Shown here: positions 45,818 through 54,965 of the stretch, in pieces
Position numbering within the stretch: the first letter of the stretch is position 1
Layout of the letters: the number at the start of each line of letters is the position of its first letter
NCBI GenBank assembly: GCA_050287085.1
Contig: JBNKBE010000003.1
Coordinates: 15,252-79,251 of the forward strand
Source of the DNA: Polyangiaceae bacterium
GTDB taxonomy: Bacteria; Myxococcota_A; Polyangia; Polyangiales; Polyangiaceae
Reading direction: 5' to 3'
Length of the DNA: 64,000 nt
Translations under genes and position numbers: made by a program
The notes under the pieces: generated by a model
The model's input: the letters and a program-made list of their open reading frames with translations, nothing else
Databases searched by the model: none
What the model was told of the DNA's origin: nothing

Positions 45818-47305
45818 ATGGCCGCAACAAAGGACCCCATCGACAGCATTCCGTCCAGTCGCCTCCACGCGGCAAAGCGTTCCTGCTTGCGTGCCGCTGA
45901 AAGCCCCGAGCTCGACGACTGCGAGACCTCAAAGGTGCTGCGGCGCTCCTGGATGCACGGCGTAGCGACAATCCGGAGCGCCAACAACATCGACAACGTG
46001 GGCGCCCTGATCAGTCGCACAGCGCAGCCGCTCTGTGCGTCGCTCCATGCCAACGATCTATACGAAGCCGAGTTACATCTGACCGAGCTCACCTTCGACC
46101 TACGCGCTTCGGGTGAACCGCGACTTGCGGTGCTCGCTGTGGGGCGAGCGCTGCAACGTGCGCTCCAGGGACTTCCCGAACGCTGCGGCGATCTGCGAAG
46201 ACTGGACTCAGCGCCGCTCTATGGGCGGGCCGTCGCCGCCGCCTACGAGCCCACTGCGTCGACGCCGGTCTTGGAAAGCACGGCGCGTGCGATCCGGCCG
46301 AGGGCACCCGCTCAGCGCGGGAACAGCGATGCCCTAGCCCGACTGCTGGTCGGTTCAAGTCCTGCCATGGTGCGCCTTCGTTCCGAAGTCGCGGCGATTG
46401 CTCGCACATCGGGAAACGTCTACATCATCGGTGAAAGCGGCACCGGCAAAGAACTGATCGCTCAGGCATTGCACCAGCTCGGCGCACCCGCGGGAAGTCC
46501 GTTGCAGTGCATCAACTGTGCAGCCCTGCCGCGGGAGCTGATCGAAAGCGAACTCTTTGGCCATACCGCGGGAGCCTTCACAGGCGGACAGCGTGCGTCC
46601 CAAGGGCTGATGCGCGCCGCGGGAAACGGAACGCTCTTTCTGGACGAATTGGTCGATATGCCGCTGGAGCTACAGCCCAAGCTGCTGCGTGCGTTGGAGC
46701 AGCGTCGCGTCCGACCGGTTGGTGGCTTGACGGAGCTGCCGATTCAGGCGCGTGTCGTAGCGGCCAGCAATCGCGACCCGCACGCTGCGCAGCAGGCAGG
46801 CTCGCTGCGTTCCGACCTATTCTTCCGGCTCTGTGTCCATCGCGTCGATGTGCCTCCGCTGAGAGCGCGACGCGACGACATTCCGCTGCTGCTCGACTAC
46901 TTCGCGCGGCGGCTCAACCAGGAAGGACGCGCCACCCCGCGGCGGATCGCCCCGGAGGCGATGGAGTTGTTGTACAACTACTCCTGGCCCGGCAACGTTC
47001 GAGAACTTCGCAATGTCGTCGAACACTTCTCCGCTTTCGCAGATGACGACACCGTCCACGTCGAAGACGTCCCGTCCTACCTGCAAGAAGGCCATGCCCC
47101 GTCCAAAGCGACGCCAGTCCGAGGTGGCACAGGGCCCATGCCCGAAGCGTCGAAGCTCGAGTCCCTCGACAGTGTCATCGCTCAACACTTGCGCCGCGCG
47201 CTTCAGGTAACCGGTGGTAATAAAACACGAGCGGCAAAACTGCTCGGCGTATCTAGACATCAGCTCTATATTCGACTGCAGCAGCTGCAACTTGTCGATG
47301 ACTAG
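45818..47305 (+). CDS. Sigma-54-dependent transcriptional activator (AAA+ and Fis-type HTH)
   Basis: GESGTGKE, INCAAL, ESELFGH, GAFTGG, LFLDE, WPGNVREL, GNKTRAAKLLGVSR. Start uncertain (45806 or 45818). Confidence 0.93.
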   Translation: MAATKDPIDSIPSSRLHAAKRSCLRAAESPELDDCETSKVLRRSWMHGVATIRSANNIDNVGALISRTAQPLCASLHANDLYEAELHLTELTFDLRASGEPRLAVLAVGRALQRALQGLPERCGDLRRLDSAPLYGRAVAAAYEPTASTPVLESTARAIRPRAPAQRGNSDALARLLVGSSPAMVRLRSEVAAIARTSGNVYIIGESGTGKELIAQALHQLGAPAGSPLQCINCAALPRELIESELFGHTAGAFTGGQRASQGLMRAAGNGTLFLDELVDMPLELQPKLLRALEQRRVRPVGGLTELPIQARVVAASNRDPHAAQQAGSLRSDLFFRLCVHRVDVPPLRARRDDIPLLLDYFARRLNQEGRATPRRIAPEAMELLYNYSWPGNVRELRNVVEHFSAFADDDTVHVEDVPSYLQEGHAPSKATPVRGGTGPMPEASKLESLDSVIAQHLRRALQVTGGNKTRAAKLLGVSRHQLYIRLQQLQLVDD

Positions 47306-47314
47306 ATGCTCGGA

Positions 47315-47960
47315 CTATTCTTCCGTAGCCCTCCGCAACGCTTCCACATCTAGCAGCCTGACCTGTCTCGCCAGCCCGCCCTCGTGCTGTATCCGTCCTC
47401 GTGCGACGAGACGCCTGAAGCCTCGACTCAACGTCTCGCCAGTCAGGTTGAGATGACTGTCCAGGTGACGCTTGACTACGTGGAGTTCCAACACGGGCCC
47501 CTGGGCGCTCAGCTTCTGCCAGCAGAAAGCGAGCGAGGCGCCCGTCAGCGGTCCGAAGGGACATCCTGAAGCAAGACGACCCAATGATGAAGCCAGTCGG
47601 CCATCGAAGCCATGACCCGTAGGCCAAGTCGCGGACGAGTTTCCAGCACCCTTAAGAGTTCAGCCGAAAGCAGTAAAACCCGCGCATCCACCGTCGCCTC
47701 ACAGCTCGCAAGGGTGGCAAAGCCCCCAAGCGCCGCCGCTTCGACAAAAACGTCTGGCACGGCTCCACCCAAGGTATTACCTGCACCTTGCCGCTAGCCC
47801 CCACAGCGAAGACCCGTTCCTGACCTTCCGCCACGATGAACATGCCGGGCGGTGTCTGACCGGCATGCACCAACACTTCACGCGCCCGGTAGGTCAGCGC
47901 GTGCGCGATGACGGCCAAGGCCTCAAACTCCCCTAAGGCACGCGCCCCCTGCCGAAGGCC
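47315..47960 (-). pseudogene. Frameshifted Crp/Fnr-family regulator
   Basis: Consecutive Crp/Fnr segments lie in different frames: YRAREVLVHAGQTPPGMFIVAEG / VFVEAAALGGF...CEATVDARVLLL / ADGRLARFLL / HLNLTGETLSRGFRRL. Confidence 0.8.
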
Positions 47961-48006
47961 TCCCGCCCCGGCCGGTTGCCACCGCCTAGGGCGTCATGCT
48001 CCGCTT

Positions 48007-49935
48007 CTACCAGTGAAACGCGGAGAGAAGCGCGTCGACGAGTCGCCGCTGTGTGTCTTCAAAATGCGCGACCCAGCGAGCCCCGGCGCGAACGGCTCCT
48101 GCGTCGAGCTGGAGTTCAACCTCAATGGACTCAGGATGGTCGGCAACGGGCGCGCCGATGGCCGAGACCTCAGCCTTCAGGGTTGTCTGTTGACTTTCGC
48201 GCTCCTCTGAGCCCCAGTCCGACAACAGGCTGAGCTGAACCGGCATACCCACTCGGAGATAACGCGCTTCGGATTCCGGAACATACGCTACACCTCGCGG
48301 CGGCCCGCTTTCCGAGCTGATCCATATCAGTTCGGTCCCCGGCTCGATCGCAGCGCCGATCCCCAATAGAATGGCCTGGACTGTTCCTGGCTCACTTGCC
48401 TTCACTGTCGTCTGCTGTGCCCATGCTCGAAGTCCGTCCAGCGCAGCGTCAGCTTGAAGGCGCTCATGGCGAACGTTCAAGCGGGCCTCTTGCATCTGCC
48501 GCTTTCGATCGGCGATTTGGAGCGCCACTTCGGCGCTATCCGCGCGCACCTGGAGCAGGCCTTCCTGCGCCGCCTCGACGGCTCGCTGAGCGTCGCCTAC
48601 GTCGCGCTCCTGACCTTGGCCAGAAGCCAACTCTCCGCGCCGTTTCGCCAGCACTGTTTGCCAACGCTCCAGCTGCTCAGACTTGAGTTTGCCCCGTGCC
48701 CAAATGGCCGCCTGCTTGTTTTGCAAAGCCTTCAACCCGGCTTCGTGCAACCGCTCGCCCGTCGCAGCCATGTCTTGATCAGCCTCGGCGAGTGCGTTGG
48801 CCTGGGCGCTGTGCACAGCCAGCTCTTGGCCCAGGCCAACGGCGTTGATTTCGACCAAGGCATCCCCCGGAGCGACGCTATCGCCGAGAGCTACTGCGTA
48901 GCGTGAAAGGGTTCCTTTGACCGGGCTCACGACCGGCTGGGCCCCTCCCGTGCGTAGGAACCCCTGCGCGTGAATATCAACCCCCACGGGAATCCAGCTG
49001 ATTGCCAGAACCAGTGCCGCCGAGACCGCGCCCAGCCCCCACAACCAGCCACGTCCTCCGACGCGGTACTGGACCGCGGTCTGAGCCCGCGGGGAATGCG
49101 GCCGCGCCGTCACGGACTGGAGCAAGCCATCGTCGTCTTCTTGAGCGAGGCCCGGCGCATCGTCGTTCGCGGGTCGTTTGGCGCTGACTGAGGCCCTGGA
49201 TGCATGCGAGATCCCGGCGCTTGATTCCGAGCTCGCACCCAGGTCGCGCCTCGCCGCCATATCTTGACCCGTTGAGCGTTCCTTGATCGCGCTGCGTTCA
49301 GCCGCCGCCCGCTCAACCCCAGCACGCGTCGGCACGGAGCGTCGAGCCGCGGAACCCGATCCAATGAAGGATATCTCGCTCGGCGCAGCGCCCGCGCTGG
49401 GATCTCGCTCTCGACCTCGCAGGGTCCGCACCGGCGCCGCACCCAGCGGCCCCGCGGGCTGCCGACGGTCATCTCGTGCGCGTGTCTTGGCGCGCTCGGG
49501 CGCTACCCCCGGCAGCGTGGACGAGGGCGACTGCTCGCCTTCCGGTGTCACCGCGCGCCGAACCCCAGATTGACGAGCAAAGCCGATCGGGGGCGCAAAT
49601 CCCGCGAGGGTCTTGCTCATATCCTCGTCGTCGGGAGCGGCGACCACACCGCTCTCACGACGGAGGCGCGCCTGAGCAGGTCGCGTTCTGCCCTCGGCAG
49701 ACCCCGTCTCGCGCGCGCTTTGGTCGGTCGCCGGGGTCGCCTGAGCTTCGCGCTCCGCGGGTCCGTAGCCTCCCGGCCAGGTCGCCGGCACCTCTTGAGC
49801 ACCAGACCACCGCGCCTCGGCCGCTGCTGGGAAAGGCCGGCACCCCGACTGCTCCGACGCGTCCAGTCGTACCTCGGTCGCGCCATAACGCGCCGTTGTG
49901 GGTTCGCCTGCTTCTGACGTCTCTCTGCTCTTCAC
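48007..49935 (-). CDS. HlyD-like membrane fusion protein with long disordered N-terminus
   Basis: TM helix, PVVSPVKGTL...GDSVAPGDALV lipoyl-like half, coiled coil, VKASEPGTV, AYVPESEARYLRVGMPV; GTG 49935 preceded by AGGGGAGG. Confidence 0.75.
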   Translation of the reverse strand: MKSRETSEAGEPTTARYGATEVRLDASEQSGCRPFPAAAEARWSGAQEVPATWPGGYGPAEREAQATPATDQSARETGSAEGRTRPAQARLRRESGVVAAPDDEDMSKTLAGFAPPIGFARQSGVRRAVTPEGEQSPSSTLPGVAPERAKTRARDDRRQPAGPLGAAPVRTLRGRERDPSAGAAPSEISFIGSGSAARRSVPTRAGVERAAAERSAIKERSTGQDMAARRDLGASSESSAGISHASRASVSAKRPANDDAPGLAQEDDDGLLQSVTARPHSPRAQTAVQYRVGGRGWLWGLGAVSAALVLAISWIPVGVDIHAQGFLRTGGAQPVVSPVKGTLSRYAVALGDSVAPGDALVEINAVGLGQELAVHSAQANALAEADQDMAATGERLHEAGLKALQNKQAAIWARGKLKSEQLERWQTVLAKRRGELASGQGQERDVGDAQRAVEAAQEGLLQVRADSAEVALQIADRKRQMQEARLNVRHERLQADAALDGLRAWAQQTTVKASEPGTVQAILLGIGAAIEPGTELIWISSESGPPRGVAYVPESEARYLRVGMPVQLSLLSDWGSEERESQQTTLKAEVSAIGAPVADHPESIEVELQLDAGAVRAGARWVAHFEDTQRRLVDALLSAFHW

Positions 49936-50149
49936 GCGCACCTCCCCTACACCCTGTGCGCAGCAGACGCGCACGTCAAGCTCGCGCACGTGCGCGCACC
50001 CAAAACATTGCCTATCGCAGTCTCGACACCGCCCGTGCCACCGGCAGTGAAACACCCCGCTCGCGGCCGCGAACCAGGCGACGCGAGCCACAGCCCGGCA
50101 CCATTCAGCCTTTACAGCTCGCAACGCGGCGTGTTCGAGTTGGCGCGCC

Positions 50150-51616
50150 ATGACATCACCGATGCGCCAGGCGCCGGACGTTCTCCCAGCGCCGGACGTT
50201 CTCCCAGCGCCGTGCCGGCTCCGAGCGCCCTTGCGCCCCCGGAGCTATCGGCTCTTGCGCTCTTCCGGCACCTGGTGGACCCAGGGGGGGGTGCGGCTCG
50301 CGCACAAACTGGCGGTGACATGCAGCTTGTTCGGGGCGACGCCGCTCGCCCGCGATGCCCAAGCAAGTCCCGCCCGCATATCCGGAGCAGTCCAGCAACG
50401 AAGTCGCGTCGAAGCCCTCGCGCCCTCCTATCGGCCTCCACTGGGCGCAACCCACCGTGGCCTGATGTTGCGGACACTCCTGCGCCTCGACGTCGTCGCT
50501 TCATCCTACGAAGTTGTCATGGAGGGAATCGACTCGCGCCTGTACTTCAACGACGACAATGGTCCACTCGATACGGCGCTGGTGAACCCGCTCGACCTGT
50601 TGCAGCTCGCCTTCACCGTGCGAGCCCGCCAACTCTTGGGCTCCAAAGATGAACTGCAACTCCGGATCGGTCGCCAAACGCTGGACCTCGCATCGCGACG
50701 CTTGGTCGCGCGCAACGCATTCCGTAACACCATCAACACGTTCGATGGCGTCTACCTCCGCTACGACAGACCGGCGCTGCGAGGTCGACTCGAAGCCATT
50801 GCAGTCAAACCCGTTCGGCGCTTCCCACAGACTCGTGACCTGCTGCAGCGCAATGCCCCTCGCTGGGACTCTTCGTCGGGGGCCCGAATGCTGTACGGCG
50901 CTGTCTTGTCGTTGGAGCCTTATCCGGGCGAAATGCAGACCCAGATCTACGCGCTGGCCGTAGATGACCGCGCAGAGGACACCCACCAGCGACGTCTCTT
51001 GACCCCCGGAATCATCGTTCGGCGGCCAGCGATGCCGGGACGTACGGACCTCGAATTCGAAGTTACGTTGCAGGGGGGTCGGAGCGAGGATACGTCGGGA
51101 AAGCTTGCTCGGCACCGCGCTTGGTTCACCCACTTCGAGCTCGGACACTCCTTTGCTGGCCCCTGGCAGCCACACGCATCGCTGCTCTACGACTATGCGA
51201 GCGGCGACGATCGACCCGGTGACGGCGCCCAGGGACGCTACGATACCTTGTACGGCGCAAGACGCTTCGACCTCGGACCGACCAGCCTCTACGGGCTCTT
51301 CGCCCGTGCCAACCTTCAGACCGCTGGCGTTCGACTCGAACTGGCGCCGTCCGCTCAAACCGCGCTGATGTTCACCTACCGCGACCTATGGCTCGCGAGC
51401 ATTGCCGATGGCTGGGTCGGCGTGAGCGCCCCCCCCAGTTCGGCCAGGCGCCTCGGTAGTCAAGAAGAGGTGCGTGTGCGACAAAACCTATGCACAGCGC
51501 TTGCTCTGGAATTGGGGGGAGCACTGCTTCACCCCGGAAGCTCGGCCAGGGCATCGGTCGCCTCCGGAAACCGAATGCTCAAGTACGGTTATGCAGCCAT
51601 GACACTCTCGCTGTAG
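50150..51616 (+). CDS. Alginate-export-family outer-membrane beta-barrel
   Basis: LRIGRQTLDLASRRLVARNAFRNTINTFDG, YDYASGD...YDTLYGARRFD, C-terminal YGYAAMTLSL. Start uncertain. Confidence 0.8.
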   Translation: MTSPMRQAPDVLPAPDVLPAPCRLRAPLRPRSYRLLRSSGTWWTQGGVRLAHKLAVTCSLFGATPLARDAQASPARISGAVQQRSRVEALAPSYRPPLGATHRGLMLRTLLRLDVVASSYEVVMEGIDSRLYFNDDNGPLDTALVNPLDLLQLAFTVRARQLLGSKDELQLRIGRQTLDLASRRLVARNAFRNTINTFDGVYLRYDRPALRGRLEAIAVKPVRRFPQTRDLLQRNAPRWDSSSGARMLYGAVLSLEPYPGEMQTQIYALAVDDRAEDTHQRRLLTPGIIVRRPAMPGRTDLEFEVTLQGGRSEDTSGKLARHRAWFTHFELGHSFAGPWQPHASLLYDYASGDDRPGDGAQGRYDTLYGARRFDLGPTSLYGLFARANLQTAGVRLELAPSAQTALMFTYRDLWLASIADGWVGVSAPPSSARRLGSQEEVRVRQNLCTALALELGGALLHPGSSARASVASGNRMLKYGYAAMTLSL

Positions 51617-52047
51617 GAAAACGCCTAGTACGCGTGTGTTATCGATTTCGCATATCCGCTGCGCCGGATTGAACCACAAACGAGGCGCCGCCGTTCGCGC
51701 ACACTGTGTGCAAGAGCGGCTCGTACCGGTACTACCATAGTATTTCAGCGCGAGCTGGGCGCCTTGACAGCAAAGCCGTGACGAGAGCGCCAAGCACGTG
51801 CATGGTGCCTACAATCCCCCAAGCTATGAAGACAGTGTTCGGGCGAACGCAACATCCGCCCTGTGTGGCGCATCCCCCTTGCGCTCTCTAGGAACTTGTC
51901 CTTCCCACCGCAAGCCCGCAAATCGCCGCATCGCATATCGCAATGACCCGCTCCGCATCCCCTCGCCGCTTCCGTCTGTCTAGCCATCGCCCTGGCCGCC
52001 CTTCCTTGTGTGTTCGACGCGTCCTGCAGGCGCCCTACGCACTGGCG

Positions 52048-53229
52048 ATGGCTGCCTCCGTATCGGTGTTCGCCACAGGCTGCGTGGGTTCCCCCTTCAC
52101 GAGCACCGACGGTTCGGGCGGAGGCCAGTCTATGGCAGACCGGAGCCTGCGCGACGATCCCCCAATTGGCGGAGGGGCCGCGACGGACACGGTCTCCCAA
52201 GGCGAGCAGGTCGTCCCCGGCACCCTCGACGGAGGGCTTGCGCCAACACACCAGGACCCGACTGACCCTTCCACCGGCGGCGGCGGGACCGGTGCGCTGG
52301 TGGATGGCGGCAGCGGCGGCGCTCCGCCGAGTGACTCGACCAACCCCGACCGCCCCATCGACGGCGGCAGCACGATGCCTCCCAATGGCGGCCAGGCCAG
52401 CGCCGACGCAGGAAGCTCTGCGGGAGGCAGCGCCTCGGCGGGAAGCGACGACGAACCATCTCAATCCGACTGCGCCGAGAGCGACTGCAGTTGCTGGGCC
52501 GAGCGGGGTATGGTCTGCGCAATACTCAACCAGGCTCTGACGCATCGCTACAGCTTCGAGGGTCGAGGCAGCACCGCTATTGACAGTCGCGGAGGGGCCA
52601 ACGGGCGCACCATCGACGTCGAGCTCAACGGAAATGGCTCGGTCGAGCTGGACGGATACGAACAGTATGTGGAGCTTCCTAATGGGCTTCTCGACAACCT
52701 CAATAGCGCAACGCTGGAGGCCTGGATCCGCTGGGAAGGCGGCTACATGGAGCAGTCCATTTTTGCCTTCGGTCAAACGCAGCGCTTTCCGGCATTCGGC
52801 GCGAAACAGCTCTCGCTGATCGCGGGGCGAGGACCCCAGCAGGTGGTCGCATTCACCCTGAACACAACCAACAACGGCGTCGCCCAAGTCGACGGCGCAT
52901 CGCTCCCTACGGGAGCGATGATTCATGTGGCTACAGTGATCGACGCCAATACTCACGAGGCTCGACTGTTCATCGATGGTGCCCGCGTGAACGCCATCCC
53001 GCAAAACCACCCGCTTACGGGGCTAACCGACGACCACAGTTGGCTCGGGCGCCCCCTCGCCGAGCAAAGTCCCTATTTCTACGGGGCCATCTTCGAGTTC
53101 CGGACGTACAATACAGCCTTGACCGACGAGGCTATCAAGGCCAGCGCCCTACTCGGTCCGGATGCGCCCCTCGGCTCGACCGCCGACGCGAATATGAGCG
53201 CGACCTCTGTTCCCGGAAAGTCCAACTAA
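52048..53229 (+). CDS. LamG-like jellyroll domain lipoprotein
   Basis: Lipobox FATGC; HRYSFEG, YVELPNG, TLEAWIRW, HVATV, LFIDG, EFRTYNTAL. Start may be 51943. Confidence 0.82.
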   Translation: MAASVSVFATGCVGSPFTSTDGSGGGQSMADRSLRDDPPIGGGAATDTVSQGEQVVPGTLDGGLAPTHQDPTDPSTGGGGTGALVDGGSGGAPPSDSTNPDRPIDGGSTMPPNGGQASADAGSSAGGSASAGSDDEPSQSDCAESDCSCWAERGMVCAILNQALTHRYSFEGRGSTAIDSRGGANGRTIDVELNGNGSVELDGYEQYVELPNGLLDNLNSATLEAWIRWEGGYMEQSIFAFGQTQRFPAFGAKQLSLIAGRGPQQVVAFTLNTTNNGVAQVDGASLPTGAMIHVATVIDANTHEARLFIDGARVNAIPQNHPLTGLTDDHSWLGRPLAEQSPYFYGAIFEFRTYNTALTDEAIKASALLGPDAPLGSTADANMSATSVPGKSN

Positions 53230-53274
53230 GGACCCGCGGGTGGGAGTCGCGAGCCGGTCGAAACCGCCACGAGC

Positions 53275-53774
53275 GAGTGGGAGCCTGGGCAAAGTCGATC
53301 TTTCGCAACACCAAGACGTTCAATGATCGGGCGGTCGGAGCCGTGCGGCCCAATCAACTCGGCCTTCCCGGACTATCTCTCGAACGCCGACTTTGAGGCC
53401 CTCTACACCGAGTGTCGAACCCGCTCGGAGGCGATCCACGAGCAGCATCCGCTGACAACCAACCTGAACTGGTACCGGACACAATCGCCGCTTTGAAGGC
53501 GGTGTCGAGCGCTACGACGGAGCCACGGACAAAGGGCGGAGCCTGCCGCGCCACCCCTGAGCAACTAGGGCAGATGGGACTGCCAGCGCTGAAGTCCATC
53601 ACGGCTCGGCGCAATACCCTACTGATCGCCGACACACGAGGGTTTCACTGTCGAGGGCCAGCTCAGCCTGGGGCTCGCCGCTTCGCTCTTTATGCGACGC
53701 TGCGCCCCGAGGCGTTTCCAAGCGTACCGGGCCTTCTCGACCGAAAACGAAGTCGCCAACAGAAGGCTACATAG
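53275..53774 (+). pseudogene. Remnant of a phytanoyl-CoA-dioxygenase-like (2OG-Fe) gene
   Basis: C-terminal-like NTLLIADTRGFHCRG in ORF 53412-53774, and an N-terminal-like segment IFRNTKTFNDRAVG..NQLGL ending at a stop at 53396. Family assignment is from recalled motif resemblance. Confidence 0.5.
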
Positions 53775-54840
53775 GGGGCGTCACGTCGGGAGTAAAGATC
53801 GGCTCGCAATTGGTGAACTCGATATTCGTCTCAACGTGGAAATTCGACTGATCCGTATGGCGCTCGGCATGAAATAGGTCGAGCGCGTATGTTTCGCCAA
53901 CAACCACGCCTAGCCGCGCTGCCTCCGCATCCAGGTCGACGCTGGCCGTCTGAGCGGAGTGCAAGCCGCCGACATCGACTGCGAGTTTTCCGTTGATGAA
54001 AGCCCAGAGGTCGTCGTCGCCGACAAACGTGAACACTTGTCCTTCTCGATAGGTGAACTCAGTGTGGAGCTCAAAGGTGAACGCGAAGTTGTGCTCGCCC
54101 CCCTCCCCCTGGCCTTCGTTTCCGAACCCCATATCGTCGATCGGAAAGAATTGGGTGCTGTCAAATACCAGTCGCCCTTCTTGTCCCGCAAGAGGCAGCG
54201 TAAACAAGACCTCCCGGTTGACGTCTGACGTTCGATACCACTGATCGAAGAGCTCCTTCGAAGTGGTTTGCTGCCCCCACTCCGGATGGATGTAGGCGCC
54301 CCCCACCATGCGATCACCTGTTTCGTTGTAGACGGGCTTTCGATCGGGCCCCAGCTCTTCGGCAACGATCCCAGCGCTGATCCCCCGTCCGGCGAAGGCC
54401 TCAAAGTCAGGATGGGAGAACTGAAAGTCGCGAACAACCCCTGTGAAGTTTGGAGCGCAGTCCTTGCCCGCATCACCGCCCGTCGGAACACCCGAGGACG
54501 GTGGCTCCACACCGTCCTCGACTATCACGTCGTCCGGCTCGTCGACGGGCTCGGGCCTGCCAACAACGCCCGGACCGACCGAGGCCATGCCGCCTGTGCC
54601 TAGGTCGGCGCCGCCAGCCCCCGGCTTCCCTGCCTCGACGCTTGTCTCGGTCGCATTCTGACAGGCTGCGATACCAGCGCACGAAAGGAGACCCCACGCA
54701 ATCAGCGGAGCTCGTGACAACCGAACGTCATTTGTCCCTATGCCAATGCCAAGCCTCCCCTCAAGCCGGTGCTTGGCGACAAGTCGGGCTCCACCGACCC
54801 AACGTGACAACCGAACGGATGCAGACACAGCTTCAAGCAT
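53767..54840 (-). CDS. Fibro-slime (PA14-like) domain lipoprotein
   Basis: VVRDF..HPDFE, FDQWY, FFPIDD, HNFAFTFELH, GDDDLWAFING.LAVDVGGLH, FHAERHT..SNF; lipobox IAAC. True start probably downstream. Confidence 0.9.
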   Translation of the reverse strand: MLEAVSASVRLSRWVGGARLVAKHRLEGRLGIGIGTNDVRLSRAPLIAWGLLSCAGIAACQNATETSVEAGKPGAGGADLGTGGMASVGPGVVGRPEPVDEPDDVIVEDGVEPPSSGVPTGGDAGKDCAPNFTGVVRDFQFSHPDFEAFAGRGISAGIVAEELGPDRKPVYNETGDRMVGGAYIHPEWGQQTTSKELFDQWYRTSDVNREVLFTLPLAGQEGRLVFDSTQFFPIDDMGFGNEGQGEGGEHNFAFTFELHTEFTYREGQVFTFVGDDDLWAFINGKLAVDVGGLHSAQTASVDLDAEAARLGVVVGETYALDLFHAERHTDQSNFHVETNIEFTNCEPIFTPDVTPPM

Positions 54841-54965
54841 GCCCTAGTCTAGCAGGCTAGTGTGGATCGGCGCACGTCCACATGCACCCGAGGTCGACGC
54901 GAAGGCCAAAACAGGCCCGAAAACCCCTTGCGGCCTGGCTGCGCGTGGCCCAGGGACCAGGGCCG

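Noticed and set aside
50169..50210. Short two-copy direct repeats (also near 7189-7216 and 7261-7291)
   Set aside because: In-frame slippage duplications in low-constraint N-terminal regions.
51745..53010. Long antisense or alternate-frame ORFs (also 14531-15682, 57868-59115, 62888-63793)
   Set aside because: They shadow well-supported genes and have no recognisable motifs.
53167..53177. CCCCTCGGCTC match to the tRNA 3' end as an att site
   Set aside because: Only 11 bp, inverted relative to the tRNA, inside a CDS, and no integrase is present.
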